Origin: Escherichia coli
GTDB lineage: Bacteria; Pseudomonadota; Gammaproteobacteria; Enterobacterales; Enterobacteriaceae
Reading direction: 5' to 3' (one strand)
Length of the DNA stretch: 64,000 bases
Assembly: GCF_003334765.1 (NCBI RefSeq)
Contig: NZ_QOWT01000008.1
The translations under genes and the position numbers were made by a program. Of the stretch, positions 1-10,325 are shown in pieces. The notes under the pieces were generated by a model. That model was not told where the DNA came from and made no database searches. It saw only the letters and a list, made by a program, of their open reading frames with translations. Every line of letters begins with the position of its first letter. Positions within the stretch are counted from its first letter, which is position 1.

Positions 1-357
1 TGGGATGTTGTGCGACAAAACGTTCTGCCGCCACCACCATCGCCGCCAGCGAGCCTTTCATATCTGCCGCACCGCGCCCGAATAACATGCCGTCACGAAT
101 GGTGGGTTCAAACGGGGGATTGATCCAACGATCGGCGTCGCCAGGCGGCACCACGTCGGTATGCCCGGCAAAGGCTAACGTTTCACCCTGCCCACGCCAT
201 GCCCAAAAATTCTGCGTATCGGCAAAGTCCATGCGTTCAACGGTAAAACCGATCGCCTGCAAACGTTCAATCAACAAAGCCTGGCATCCTGCATCATCAG
301 GACTCAGGGAAGGGCGGCGAATAAGCTGTTGTGTCAGCTCAATAACCGGGCACGACA
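1..357 (-). CDS. dapE: succinyl-diaminopimelate desuccinylase, N-terminal part (gene runs off window start)
   Basis: Reverse-strand ATG at 355-357 translates [22 protein letters not shown]..., recognised as DapE N-terminus; not in ORF track because truncated. Confidence 0.85.
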
Positions 358-361
358 TAGA

Positions 362-736
<375 letters not shown>

Positions 737-1044
737 TTATGAGAATAAATACTCATTTAAGGGTGAAAACATTTTGCCTGCAAATGATTATCAGGAAATA
801 TAACATTATCGAAGTATTCAAATTAACAACTATTAAATAATATTAAACATTTTTAACGTAAACATTAAGAATATTCATCTTGTTATCTGTCTGTATTTTA
901 ACCAGAATTAAATCAGTATTAGATGCCGTATGAATATCTCGAAATGTTGCTGTGTATCACATACAAATCATCACCGCAGGACCATAGTATTTACATAAGA
1001 TTTGTCCCCCGGAGGTAGTCATCGCAGCAATCGAGTAAATTAGC

Positions 1045-1073
1045 TTCACCACGGTATATTGTTTCCGTAGAAT
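1045..1073 (+). promoter_or_regulatory. candidate sigma70 promoter for ypfM (-35 TTCACC, 17-nt spacer, -10 TAGAAT)
   Basis: Hexamers read directly in the AT-rich yffB-ypfM intergenic region about 25 nt upstream of the ypfM ATG. Confidence 0.35.
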
Positions 1074-1097
1074 ACCCATAATTATAAGAGAGGTTGT

Positions 1098-1157
1098 TAT
1101 GATTGAACGTGAACTGGGGAACTGGAAAGACTTTATCGAAGTTATGCTTCGTAAGTA
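1098..1157 (+). CDS. ypfM: 19-aa small protein YpfM (MIERELGNWKDFIEVMLRK)
   Basis: ATG at 1098 preceded by AGAGAGG; below ORF-track size cutoff; sequence matches my recollection of YpfM. Confidence 0.6.
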
Positions 1158-1223
1158 ATTCCTGAGACAAAGTACAAACAGCAAGAACCCGCTGAGCAGG
1201 TTCTTAATCGGAAAGTTGAAAAA

Positions 1224-1252
1224 GGCGACACATTGGCATGTCGCCTTTTTTA
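1224..1252. terminator. bidirectional intrinsic terminator (GGCGACA...TGTCGCC hairpin flanked by A-run and T-run)
   Basis: Hairpin 1224-1245 plus T-tract 1246-1252; sits between ypfM (+) and the acrD stop (-). Confidence 0.6.
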
Positions 1253-1256
1253 TTGC

Positions 1257-4200
1257 TTATTCCGGGCGCGGCTTCAGCGGGAAGCGGCGGCGCACCAGCA
1301 CAAAGAACAGCGGCACGAAGTAAATAGCCAGAATAGTGGCCGAAATCATCCCGCCCATTACGCCAGTACCCACCGCATGCTGACCACCGGAACCGGCACC
1401 CGTGCTGGTTGCCATTGGCAATACGCCGAAGATAAATGCCAGCGAGGTCATCAGAATCGGGCGTAAACGCTGACGGCAGGCGTGGAGCGTCGCTTCAAAC
1501 AGGTCGTGGCCTTTTTGGTTCATCTCGTTAGCAAACTCGACGATCAGGATGGCGTTTTTCGCCGATAAACCAATGACCGTTAACAGGCCCACCTGGAAGT
1601 AAACGTCGTTTTCCAGCCCGCGCATCCAGGTTGCCAGCAGCGCGCCGATTACCCCCAGCGGCACGACCAGCATTACCGAGAACGGCACCGACCAGCTTTC
1701 ATACAACGCAGCCAGACACAGGAATACCACCAGCAAGGAAATGGCGTACAGCGCCGGAGCCTGCGCGCCGGAAAGCCGCTCCTGATACGACATCGCCGTC
1801 CACTCCAGACCAAAGCCGTTTGGCAGCTGCTTCACTAACGATTCCATAATATCCATCGCCGTACCGGTACTGACCCCCGGTGCGGCTTCCCCAACAATCT
1901 CAACCGCAGAATAACCGTTATAGCGTTCCAGACGCGGCGAGCCTGTTTCCCAGCGTGAGGTCGCGAAAGCAGAGAAGGGCACCATGCCGCCATCTTTATT
2001 TCGGACATACCAGAGATTGATGTCATCTGGCAGCATGCGATACGGCGCAGCTGCCTGCACATAGACTTTCTTCACGCGACCGCGATCCATAAAGTCATTC
2101 ACATAGCTCGAACCCCAGGCGGTTTGCAGTGTGTCGTTAATATCGTCGATAGCAACGCCCAGCGCCTGAGCTTTACGCTGGTCGATATCAATCTGCAACT
2201 GCGGACTGTCGTCGAGGCCGTTATGGCGCACACGGGTTAGCTCCGGGTTTTCCGCCGCCAGCGCCAGCAACTGATTACTTGCTGCCATCAGCGCATCGTG
2301 ACCCGCTCCAGCGTGGTCCTGCAACTCCATATCAAAACCTGCAGAACTACCAAGACCGCTAATTGCTGGCGGGCTGCTGGCGATAACGCGAGCTTCTTTA
2401 ATTTGGTTAAACGCCTTCGTTGCACGCTCGATAATGGCAAACGAGGTGCCGGTCTTACTGTCGCGTTCGCTCCAGTCTTTCAGGCGGATAAACATTCGCG
2501 CCACGTTTTGCCCGTTACCCCCAGGGCCAGAACCAACGGTGGCAAACACCGACATGATGTTGTCTTTTTCATGGGTGAAGTAGTATTTCTCGATTTGCTC
2601 AACGACTTTCAGGGTCTGTTGTTGCGTTGAACCGCTGGGCAACTGTACCGAGGTAGTAAACATGCCACGGTCTTCCAGCGGTAAGAACGACGTCGGCAAA
2701 CGCAGGAACAGGAACACCATGCCGCCAAGCAGCAGGACATAAATCACAATCCAGCGCAGGCTACGGTGGAGAATTTTCGCCACCCCTTTTTCGTAGCGTT
2801 CGGCGTTGCGGTTAAACATCTGGTTAAACCAGGCAAAAAAGCCTTTTTGCCCATGATGCTCACCTTTTTTCAGTGGCTTAAGTAGTGTGGCACACAGAGC
2901 CGGAGTGAGGATCATCGCTACCAGTACTGACAGCACCATCGCCGCAACAATGGTAATAGAGAACTGGCGATAGATGGCACCGGTGGTGCCGCCGAAGAAG
3001 GCCATTGGTACAAATACCGCCGAAAGAACCATCGCAATCCCGACCAGTGCCCCCTGGATCTGCCCCATCGATTTACGTGTGGCTTCGCGAGGAGTGAGTC
3101 CTTCCTCACTCATAATACGTTCGACGTTTTCCACCACCACGATGGCGTCATCCACCAGCAGACCGATCGCCAGCACCATCGCGAACATGGTTAAGGTGTT
3201 GACGCTGTAACCGAAGGCGTAAAGTACGGAGAAGGTTCCCATCAACACCACCGGCACGGCGATAGTGGGTATCAGCGTGGCGCGGAAGTTTTGCAGGAAC
3301 AGATACATAACGAGGAAAACCAGAGCGATAGCTTCCAGCAGCGTTTTCACCACGTCTTCAATGGAGGCTTTAACAAACGAGGTGGTTTCATACGCCACCT
3401 TGTATTCCAGTCCATGCGGGAAATACTGCGCCAGCTCGTCGAGACGATTGAGCACCAGCTCCGCTGTCGCCATTTCGTTAGCGCCGGAGGCCAGTTTTAC
3501 CCCCAGCCCGGAGGCTGGCTTACCATTGAAGCGGCTAAGATAATCGTATTTCTCCGCCCCCATTTCGACGGTGGCGACATCGCCCAGCCTTACCTCTGAG
3601 CCGTCCTGATTGACCCGCAAGGTGATATCGCGGAACTGTTCTGGTGTTTGCAGCAGTGACTGGGCGTTAATGGTGGCGTTGAGCGCCTGCTTATCGACGG
3701 AAGGTGTACCACCAAGTTGCCCAACCGCAATCTGCGCGTTCTGTGACTCAATGGCATCAGTGACATCTTTAGCCGTCATCTGGAAACTGTTGAGTTTCGC
3801 CGGGTCCAGCCAGATACGCATGGAATATTGCGAACCATAGGCATCGATATCCCCGACGCCATTCACGCGGCTTAACGGGTCCTGAATATTACTGGCAACA
3901 TAATCAGCAATATCCTGTTTATCCATCGAACCATCGGTAGAGACGAAGGCAATGGTCAGAATGTTGGTATCGCCGGTTTTACGCACCGTCACGCCCTGAT
4001 TTTGCACCGCCTGCGGTAACTTTCGCATGGCTGATTGCAGCTGGTTTTGTACTTGCTGCACGGCTTCGTCCGGATCGGTGCCTGCTTTAAAACTTAAAGT
4101 GACAGATGCCTGACCGGTGCCACTGCTCTGAGATGACATATACATGAGATTATCGAGGCCGGTCATATTTTGCTCGATAACCTGGGTCACGGTGTTTTCC

Positions 4201-4370
4201 AGCGTCTGGGCCGATGCGCCGGGATAGTTAGCGGTCACTCGCACATTCGGTGGCGCGAGATCGGGGTATTGTTCAACGGGCAATGAAAAAATCGCCAGGG
4301 TACCTGTCAGACACAACAGGATTGCCAGCACCCAGGCAAAAATGGGGCGATCAATAAAGAAATTCGCCAT
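1257..4370 (-). CDS. acrD: RND-family aminoglycoside efflux pump AcrD
   Basis: 1037-aa ORF, 12-TM RND transporter recognised as AcrD; ATG at 4368-4370. Confidence 0.96.
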   Translation of the reverse strand: MANFFIDRPIFAWVLAILLCLTGTLAIFSLPVEQYPDLAPPNVRVTANYPGASAQTLENTVTQVIEQNMTGLDNLMYMSSQSSGTGQASVTLSFKAGTDPDEAVQQVQNQLQSAMRKLPQAVQNQGVTVRKTGDTNILTIAFVSTDGSMDKQDIADYVASNIQDPLSRVNGVGDIDAYGSQYSMRIWLDPAKLNSFQMTAKDVTDAIESQNAQIAVGQLGGTPSVDKQALNATINAQSLLQTPEQFRDITLRVNQDGSEVRLGDVATVEMGAEKYDYLSRFNGKPASGLGVKLASGANEMATAELVLNRLDELAQYFPHGLEYKVAYETTSFVKASIEDVVKTLLEAIALVFLVMYLFLQNFRATLIPTIAVPVVLMGTFSVLYAFGYSVNTLTMFAMVLAIGLLVDDAIVVVENVERIMSEEGLTPREATRKSMGQIQGALVGIAMVLSAVFVPMAFFGGTTGAIYRQFSITIVAAMVLSVLVAMILTPALCATLLKPLKKGEHHGQKGFFAWFNQMFNRNAERYEKGVAKILHRSLRWIVIYVLLLGGMVFLFLRLPTSFLPLEDRGMFTTSVQLPSGSTQQQTLKVVEQIEKYYFTHEKDNIMSVFATVGSGPGGNGQNVARMFIRLKDWSERDSKTGTSFAIIERATKAFNQIKEARVIASSPPAISGLGSSAGFDMELQDHAGAGHDALMAASNQLLALAAENPELTRVRHNGLDDSPQLQIDIDQRKAQALGVAIDDINDTLQTAWGSSYVNDFMDRGRVKKVYVQAAAPYRMLPDDINLWYVRNKDGGMVPFSAFATSRWETGSPRLERYNGYSAVEIVGEAAPGVSTGTAMDIMESLVKQLPNGFGLEWTAMSYQERLSGAQAPALYAISLLVVFLCLAALYESWSVPFSVMLVVPLGVIGALLATWMRGLENDVYFQVGLLTVIGLSAKNAILIVEFANEMNQKGHDLFEATLHACRQRLRPILMTSLAFIFGVLPMATSTGAGSGGQHAVGTGVMGGMISATILAIYFVPLFFVLVRRRFPLKPRPE

Positions 4371-4533
4371 TAAAAGAGGACCTCGTGTTTCTGCGTATCG
4401 TTGTAGGCTTGACTTGCTTCACTGTAGCGGCAAGGTACGAGCCAATCGTGGAGAAAAAAAGGAGTTAATGTAAATTATCATGCCCTTTTATACTGAACCT
4501 TAAGTGCAAGTATTCTTTGGTCAGTAGGAGGCA

Positions 4534-6234
4534 TTACATTAACTGACTTTCCTCACCCTCCGCAGAGCGAAAGCTAATACTCACTAACGTGCCGCCGCCG
4601 GAAGGTTGTGAAAAAGTCAGCGTCCCACCTAGCCGTTCCGCGCGTTCGCGCATGATATTCAGACCATAATGACCTTCGGGTTCTTTCGGTTCACCGATAC
4701 CAATCCCGTTATCACGGATATAAACCGTGTGATTGCCGTCCGGCGCGGTGACGCAACTGACGGCGATTTCGCTGGCGTTGGCGTGCTTCATCGCATTCAG
4801 CACCGCTTCGCGAATAATTTGCAACAAATGCACCTGCATTTGCGCATCCAGTGCCAGGGTTGGCAGACGGCAGTCGAGGGTCAGTTTGGCGCTGGTTTGA
4901 TTTTGTAACGTATCCAGCATTTCCCTCAATGCGGAGGGGAGATCCGCCTGCTGCAGCGTCAGGCGGAAAGTAGTCAACAGCTCGCGTAACTGCCGATAAG
5001 CATCATTCAACGCCTGGGAAAAATCGGCCATGATACTTTGTGCGGTGGCGTTATCTTCCGGTATCGAACGCTTCAGTAACGTCAACTGGATACGTAAGTA
5101 AGAAAGTACCTGAGCCAGCGAGTCGTGCAATTCGCGGGCGATGGTCGCACGTTCTTCCATCAACAATAATTGCTGAAAATGCTTCTGCGCCTGATTAAAG
5201 TACAAACCGCGTCCCAGCATCGACGAAACGCTGTTAAGCAGCGGTTCTGATGATGAAACGTGACTATTTTGCCAGTGCAGTTCGCCGTAAACCGTCTCTT
5301 GCATTGTCACCGGTAAAATCTGCATCGGCAATTCCGGGTTTGGTTGCCCTTCGCTAATCCGCCAGTTTTCACCGACATTTAACTCCAGATATTCAGCCGC
5401 TTCATTGTCGCGAACAATCTGCAAAATATGGCGGAAACAATGCACATCAATCTGGCTAGTGTTCAGCGCCTGCGAACACTGATACAACACCTCCAGACGA
5501 CGCTTGGCCTCGTGGAGATCGCGGGTCTTTTCTTCTACTGACGCTTCCAGCGAACGGTACAATTTATGCAGCTCGCTCGACATCTGGTTAAAGGTTTTTG
5601 CAAGCAGACCAAGCTCATTCGGCAGGTTGGTATCCAGCGGCGGCGAGTCGAACTGCCCGTGTTCAATACGCTGACTGGCGGTAACCAGCTGATTCAGCGG
5701 GGCAACCACCTGATGGCGTATGCGGCGCAAAGTAAAAAAGACCAGCGTGAAAATACCGATGCCGCCAGCCAGGGAAATCGCCACCACCAGCAGCATTTTG
5801 CGTTCAGCGTAGTGCTGTAAAGCCAGTACGAACAGGTCTATCTGATTAACATAATTATTAATATTGGCCTGATACCACGGCAAATCGCCCTTGCTGAGCC
5901 GATTATTCATCTCCAGCCAGTTGGCATTCAGATGCGCATAGCGAGTTTTTACTGCTTCTGGCACATACCAGACGTTGAGGTTGGTTAATACCGGTGAATG
6001 CAGTGCCTGCTGAAATAACTGGCGATGTGCATTGAGTTGTGGACTGCCACTTTGCAAGTCGTAGCCCAGGCGGTAACTCTGCATACGCAGCGATCCGGCA
6101 ATATTGATAGCCTCAGCGTCGCGCAAACTGCTCGCCAGAGTTAGCAGAGCGATACCCGTGGAAAGAATCGACAGCAGCACAATGTAAAAAAAGGCCCGGG
6201 CCAGACTGGCCGAGACGGGTCGTTTAACAATCAC
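4534..6234 (-). CDS. narQ: nitrate/nitrite sensor histidine kinase NarQ
   Basis: ORF-track protein minus 5 N-terminal residues; inferred GTG start at 6234 gives 566 aa beginning (M)IVKRPVSASLARAFF; C-terminal HATPase domain. Confidence 0.92.
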   Translation of the reverse strand: MIVKRPVSASLARAFFYIVLLSILSTGIALLTLASSLRDAEAINIAGSLRMQSYRLGYDLQSGSPQLNAHRQLFQQALHSPVLTNLNVWYVPEAVKTRYAHLNANWLEMNNRLSKGDLPWYQANINNYVNQIDLFVLALQHYAERKMLLVVAISLAGGIGIFTLVFFTLRRIRHQVVAPLNQLVTASQRIEHGQFDSPPLDTNLPNELGLLAKTFNQMSSELHKLYRSLEASVEEKTRDLHEAKRRLEVLYQCSQALNTSQIDVHCFRHILQIVRDNEAAEYLELNVGENWRISEGQPNPELPMQILPVTMQETVYGELHWQNSHVSSSEPLLNSVSSMLGRGLYFNQAQKHFQQLLLMEERATIARELHDSLAQVLSYLRIQLTLLKRSIPEDNATAQSIMADFSQALNDAYRQLRELLTTFRLTLQQADLPSALREMLDTLQNQTSAKLTLDCRLPTLALDAQMQVHLLQIIREAVLNAMKHANASEIAVSCVTAPDGNHTVYIRDNGIGIGEPKEPEGHYGLNIMRERAERLGGTLTFSQPSGGGTLVSISFRSAEGEESQLM

Positions 6235-6439
6235 ACGCGTCTTCTCCACAAAAAATCATTAATGTTCCAGTTCGCTGAAACGCAATTTAGTCAGTGATGG
6301 GATTATTTGATCTGCCACAGTTTATAGCGAAATAGTTACTTATTCTGGGCACATGAACATTGCCGATTCCCCTGTAAGTCGGGTAATAACAACACTCATA
6401 TAAAGAATAAGGTTTTTACAACCAAAAAAGAAGGTCGTT

Positions 6440-8419
6440 ATGAATCGTTTTATTATGGCCAACAGTCAGCAATGTCTGGGTTGTCATGCTTGTGAAATCG
6501 CCTGTGTCATGGCTCACAATGATGAGCAACATGTCCTGAGCCAACACCATTTTCATCCCCGAATTACGGTTATCAAACATCAACAGCAACGTAGTGCAGT
6601 GACCTGTCACCATTGTGAAGATGCGCCCTGCGCCCGTAGCTGCCCTAATGGCGCAATCAGCCACGTTGATGACAGCATTCAGGTCAATCAGCAAAAGTGT
6701 ATTGGCTGTAAATCCTGCGTGGTGGCCTGTCCTTTTGGTACGATGCAAATCGTCCTGACACCCGTCGCGGCAGGAAAAGTAAAAGCCACGGCGCATAAAT
6801 GCGACCTTTGTGCGGGGCGCGAAAACGGTCCTGCCTGTGTTGAGAATTGCCCGGCGGACGCGCTGCAACTGGTCACTGACGTCGCACTCTCCGGCATGGC
6901 GAAATCCCGCCGCTTGCGCACCGCGCGTCAGGAACATCAACCGTGGCATGCCAGTACCGCGGCGCAAGAAATGCCGGTAATGAGTAAAGTCGAACAAATG
7001 CAGGCAACGCCCGCGCGTGGCGAGCCGGATAAACTGGCGATTGAAGCGCGCAAAACCGGTTTTGATGAAATTTATCTGCCATTTCGCGCCGACCAGGCAC
7101 AACGGGAAGCCTCGCGCTGCCTTAAGTGCGGCGAGCACAGCGTTTGTGAATGGACCTGCCCGCTGCATAACCATATACCGCAGTGGATTGAACTGGTGAA
7201 AGCCGGAAACATCGACGCCGCCGTCGAGCTTTCTCACCAGACCAACACCCTGCCGGAAATTACCGGACGCGTTTGTCCGCAAGACCGTTTGTGTGAAGGT
7301 GCCTGTACTATTCGCGATGAGCACGGCGCGGTAACTATCGGCAACATTGAACGCTACATTTCAGATCAGGCGTTGGCGAAAGGTTGGCGTCCTGACTTAA
7401 GCCATGTCACCAAAGTGGACAAGCGGGTGGCGATTATCGGTGCAGGTCCGGCAGGGCTGGCCTGTGCGGATGTTCTGACCCGCAATGGCGTGGGGGTGAC
7501 GGTGTACGATCGCCATCCAGAAATCGGTGGCTTGCTCACTTTCGGCATTCCTTCTTTCAAACTGGATAAATCCCTGCTGGCACGCCGTCGGGAAATCTTC
7601 AGCGCGATGGGGATTCACTTCGAACTCAATTGTGAAGTGGGTAAAGATGTCTCTTTGGATTCGCTTTTGGAACAATACGACGCGGTCTTCGTTGGCGTAG
7701 GCACTTACCGTTCCATGAAAGCGGGTTTACCCAATGAAGATGCGCCGGGCGTTTATGACGCGCTGCCGTTCCTCATTGCCAACACTAAACAGGTGATGGG
7801 GCTCGAAGAGCTACCGGAAGAGCCGTTTATCAATACCGCCGGACTTAACGTCGTGGTACTGGGCGGCGGCGACACCGCGATGGACTGTGTGCGTACCGCA
7901 CTGCGCCACGGCGCGAGTAACGTCACCTGCGCTTATCGTCGTGATGAAGCTAACATGCCAGGCTCGAAGAAAGAAGTGAAGAACGCCCGCGAAGAGGGGG
8001 CCAACTTCGAATTTAACGTCCAGCCGGTGGCGCTTGAGCTGAATGAACAAGGTCACGTCTGCGGGATTCGTTTCCTGCGCACGCGTCTTGGAGAGCCGGA
8101 TGCCCAGGGGCGTCGGCGTCCAGTGCCGGTGGAAGGCAGTGAATTTGTCATGCCAGCCGACGCGGTGATTATGGCGTTTGGCTTCAATCCGCACGGGATG
8201 CCGTGGCTGGAGTCGCACGGTGTAACGGTAGACAAATGGGGCCGCATCATCGCGGATGTGGAAAGCCAGTACCGTTACCAGACCACCAATCCGAAAATCT
8301 TCGCTGGTGGTGACGCCGTGCGTGGTGCGGATCTGGTGGTTACCGCAATGGCAGAAGGACGTCATGCGGCACAGGGGATTATTGACTGGCTGGGGGTAAA
8401 ATCAGTCAAATCTCACTGA
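6440..8419 (+). CDS. aegA: Fe-S oxidoreductase AegA (ferredoxin-like N-terminus fused to GltD-like NAD(P)/FAD domain)
   Basis: 659 aa; four CxxCxxCxxxCP motifs and a VAIIGAGPAGLA dinucleotide-binding motif visible; AAGAAGG RBS before ATG 6440. Confidence 0.93.
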   Translation: MNRFIMANSQQCLGCHACEIACVMAHNDEQHVLSQHHFHPRITVIKHQQQRSAVTCHHCEDAPCARSCPNGAISHVDDSIQVNQQKCIGCKSCVVACPFGTMQIVLTPVAAGKVKATAHKCDLCAGRENGPACVENCPADALQLVTDVALSGMAKSRRLRTARQEHQPWHASTAAQEMPVMSKVEQMQATPARGEPDKLAIEARKTGFDEIYLPFRADQAQREASRCLKCGEHSVCEWTCPLHNHIPQWIELVKAGNIDAAVELSHQTNTLPEITGRVCPQDRLCEGACTIRDEHGAVTIGNIERYISDQALAKGWRPDLSHVTKVDKRVAIIGAGPAGLACADVLTRNGVGVTVYDRHPEIGGLLTFGIPSFKLDKSLLARRREIFSAMGIHFELNCEVGKDVSLDSLLEQYDAVFVGVGTYRSMKAGLPNEDAPGVYDALPFLIANTKQVMGLEELPEEPFINTAGLNVVVLGGGDTAMDCVRTALRHGASNVTCAYRRDEANMPGSKKEVKNAREEGANFEFNVQPVALELNEQGHVCGIRFLRTRLGEPDAQGRRRPVPVEGSEFVMPADAVIMAFGFNPHGMPWLESHGVTVDKWGRIIADVESQYRYQTTNPKIFAGGDAVRGADLVVTAMAEGRHAAQGIIDWLGVKSVKSH

Positions 8420-8486
8420 TAGCCTGCGCAGACAAACCCGACTTCACAGCGTAAGATAATTGTTCATTTCGCGCTGTGGAGTCGGT

Positions 8487-9062
8487 ATGACGCAACAAAT
8501 CACCCTCATTAAAGACAAAATTCTCTCCGATAACTATTTCACCCTGCACAACATTACTTACGATCTCACGCGCAAAGACGGCGAAGTTATCCGCCATAAA
8601 CGTGAAGTGTACGATCGCGGCAATGGTGCGACGATCCTCCTGTACAACACGAAGAAAAAGACCGTGGTTCTGATTCGTCAGTTCCGTGTCGCTACCTGGG
8701 TTAATGGCAATGAAAGCGGGCAGCTGATTGAAAGCTGCGCCGGGCTGCTGGATAACGACGAACCGGAAGTGTGTATTCGCAAAGAAGCGATTGAAGAGAC
8801 GGGCTATGAAGTGGGTGAAGTGCGCAAATTATTTGAACTGTATATGTCGCCAGGCGGTGTGACTGAGCTAATCCACTTTTTTATCGCCGAATACAGTGAC
8901 AATCAGCGCGCTAACGCCGGTGGCGGTGTCGAAGATGAAGATATTGAAGTGCTCGAGCTGCCGTTCAGCCAGGCGCTGGAGATGATCAAAACCGGCGAGA
9001 TACGTGACGGTAAGACGGTGTTATTGCTTAACTATTTGCAAACGTCACATTTAATGGACTGA
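8487..9062 (+). CDS. nudK: Nudix hydrolase NudK (GDP-mannose pyrophosphatase)
   Basis: Internal start [11 protein letters not shown] gives 191 aa; ORF-track start 8460 is an upstream extension. Confidence 0.9.
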   Translation: MTQQITLIKDKILSDNYFTLHNITYDLTRKDGEVIRHKREVYDRGNGATILLYNTKKKTVVLIRQFRVATWVNGNESGQLIESCAGLLDNDEPEVCIRKEAIEETGYEVGEVRKLFELYMSPGGVTELIHFFIAEYSDNQRANAGGGVEDEDIEVLELPFSQALEMIKTGEIRDGKTVLLLNYLQTSHLMD

Positions 9063-9187
9063 AAAATAACAATAATATTTCGTTGTTTATTATTGGCTCA
9101 ATCCGACAAATCCGATTGAGCCGCGCTACCTGCGCAACGAAGATACGACTTGTGCTGTTTGTTTGAACTTCTGGGGTCGTACCGTCC

Positions 9188-10231
9188 ATGCGCTATCGCA
9201 TTTTCCTTCTCTTTTTTTTCGCTTTGTTGCCGACGTCTTTGGTGTGGGCGGCACCAGCGCAACGGGCGTTTTCCGACTGGCAGGTCACCTGTAATAACCA
9301 AAATTTCTGCGTGGCGCGTAATACGGGCGATCATAATGGACTGGTGATGACCCTGAGCCGCAGCGCCGGGGCGCATACCGATGCCGTTTTACGTATTGAG
9401 CGCGGCGGATTGAAGTCGCCGGAGGCGTCAGAAGGGGAGATAGCGCCACGGCTGCTGTTAGATGGCGAGCCGTTGGCGTTAAGTGGTGACAAGTGGCGGA
9501 TTTCACCATGGTTATTAGTAACCGATGATACGGCAACCATCACCGCGTTTTTGCAGATGATTCAGGAAGGGAAGGCAATCACCTTACGCGATGGCGATCA
9601 GACCATTTCTCTGAGTGGCTTAAAAGCAGCGTTGTTGTTTATTGATGCTCAGCAAAAGCGCGTTGGCAGTGAAACCGCGTGGATCAAGAAAGGGGACGAA
9701 CCGCCGCTCAGCGTACCGCCCGCGCCTGCGCTGAAAGAGGTCGCGGTGGTTAACCCAACGCCGACGCCACTCTCACTCGAAGAACGCAACGATTTGCTGG
9801 ATTATGGAAACTGGCGGATGAATGGTCTGCGCTGCTCGCTTGATCCATTGCGTCGTGAGGTGAATGTCACTGCGCTGACTGATGATAAAGCGCTGATGAT
9901 GATTAGCTGTGAGGCAGGGGCCTATAACACCATTGATTTGGCATGGATTGTGTCGCGTAAAAAGCCACTAGCTTCGCGCCCGGTTCGGTTGCGTTTGCCG
10001 TTCAACAACGGTCAGGAGACGAATGAACTGGAACTGATGAACGCAACATTTGATGAGAAATCGCGTGAACTGGTGACCTTAGCGAAAGGGCGCGGATTAA
10101 GCGATTGTGGCATTCAGGCGCGCTGGCGCTTTGACGGTCAGCGTTTTCGCCTGGTGCGTTACGCCGCAGAACCCACCTGCGATAACTGGCATGGGCCAGA
10201 CGCCTGGCCCACGTTGTGGATCACCCGTTAA
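9188..10231 (+). CDS. ypfG: uncharacterised exported protein YpfG (DUF1176-type)
   Basis: 347 aa with N-terminal signal peptide MRYRIFLLFFFALLPTSLVWAAP. Confidence 0.85.
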   Translation: MRYRIFLLFFFALLPTSLVWAAPAQRAFSDWQVTCNNQNFCVARNTGDHNGLVMTLSRSAGAHTDAVLRIERGGLKSPEASEGEIAPRLLLDGEPLALSGDKWRISPWLLVTDDTATITAFLQMIQEGKAITLRDGDQTISLSGLKAALLFIDAQQKRVGSETAWIKKGDEPPLSVPPAPALKEVAVVNPTPTPLSLEERNDLLDYGNWRMNGLRCSLDPLRREVNVTALTDDKALMMISCEAGAYNTIDLAWIVSRKKPLASRPVRLRLPFNNGQETNELELMNATFDEKSRELVTLAKGRGLSDCGIQARWRFDGQRFRLVRYAAEPTCDNWHGPDAWPTLWITR

Positions 10232-10235
10232 ACAA

Positions 10236-10325
10236 AATGGCGGGACATGTAGGCCGGATAAGACGCTGTAGGCCGGATAAGACGCGTCAGCGTCGCATCC
10301 GGCAATCAGCATCCGGCAATCACCA
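10236..10325. repeat. REP cluster (tandem GTAGGCCGGATAAGACGC units plus GCATCCGGCAATC units)
   Basis: Imperfect palindromic REP motifs read directly between convergent ypfG and tktB. Confidence 0.7.

Noticed and set aside
6416-7324. Long antisense ORFs inside known genes (for example 6416-7324 in aegA, 11373-12110 in tktB, 14680-15594 in maeB, 20974-21609 in eutE, 22635-23180 in eutG, 34617-35543 in yfeX, 39772-40317 in murR, 41883-42611 in cysP, 56102-56743 in ligA)
   Set aside because: Each lies wholly within and opposite a confidently recognised gene; they have no RBS and no recognisable protein features, so they are shadow ORFs typical of GC-rich coding DNA.
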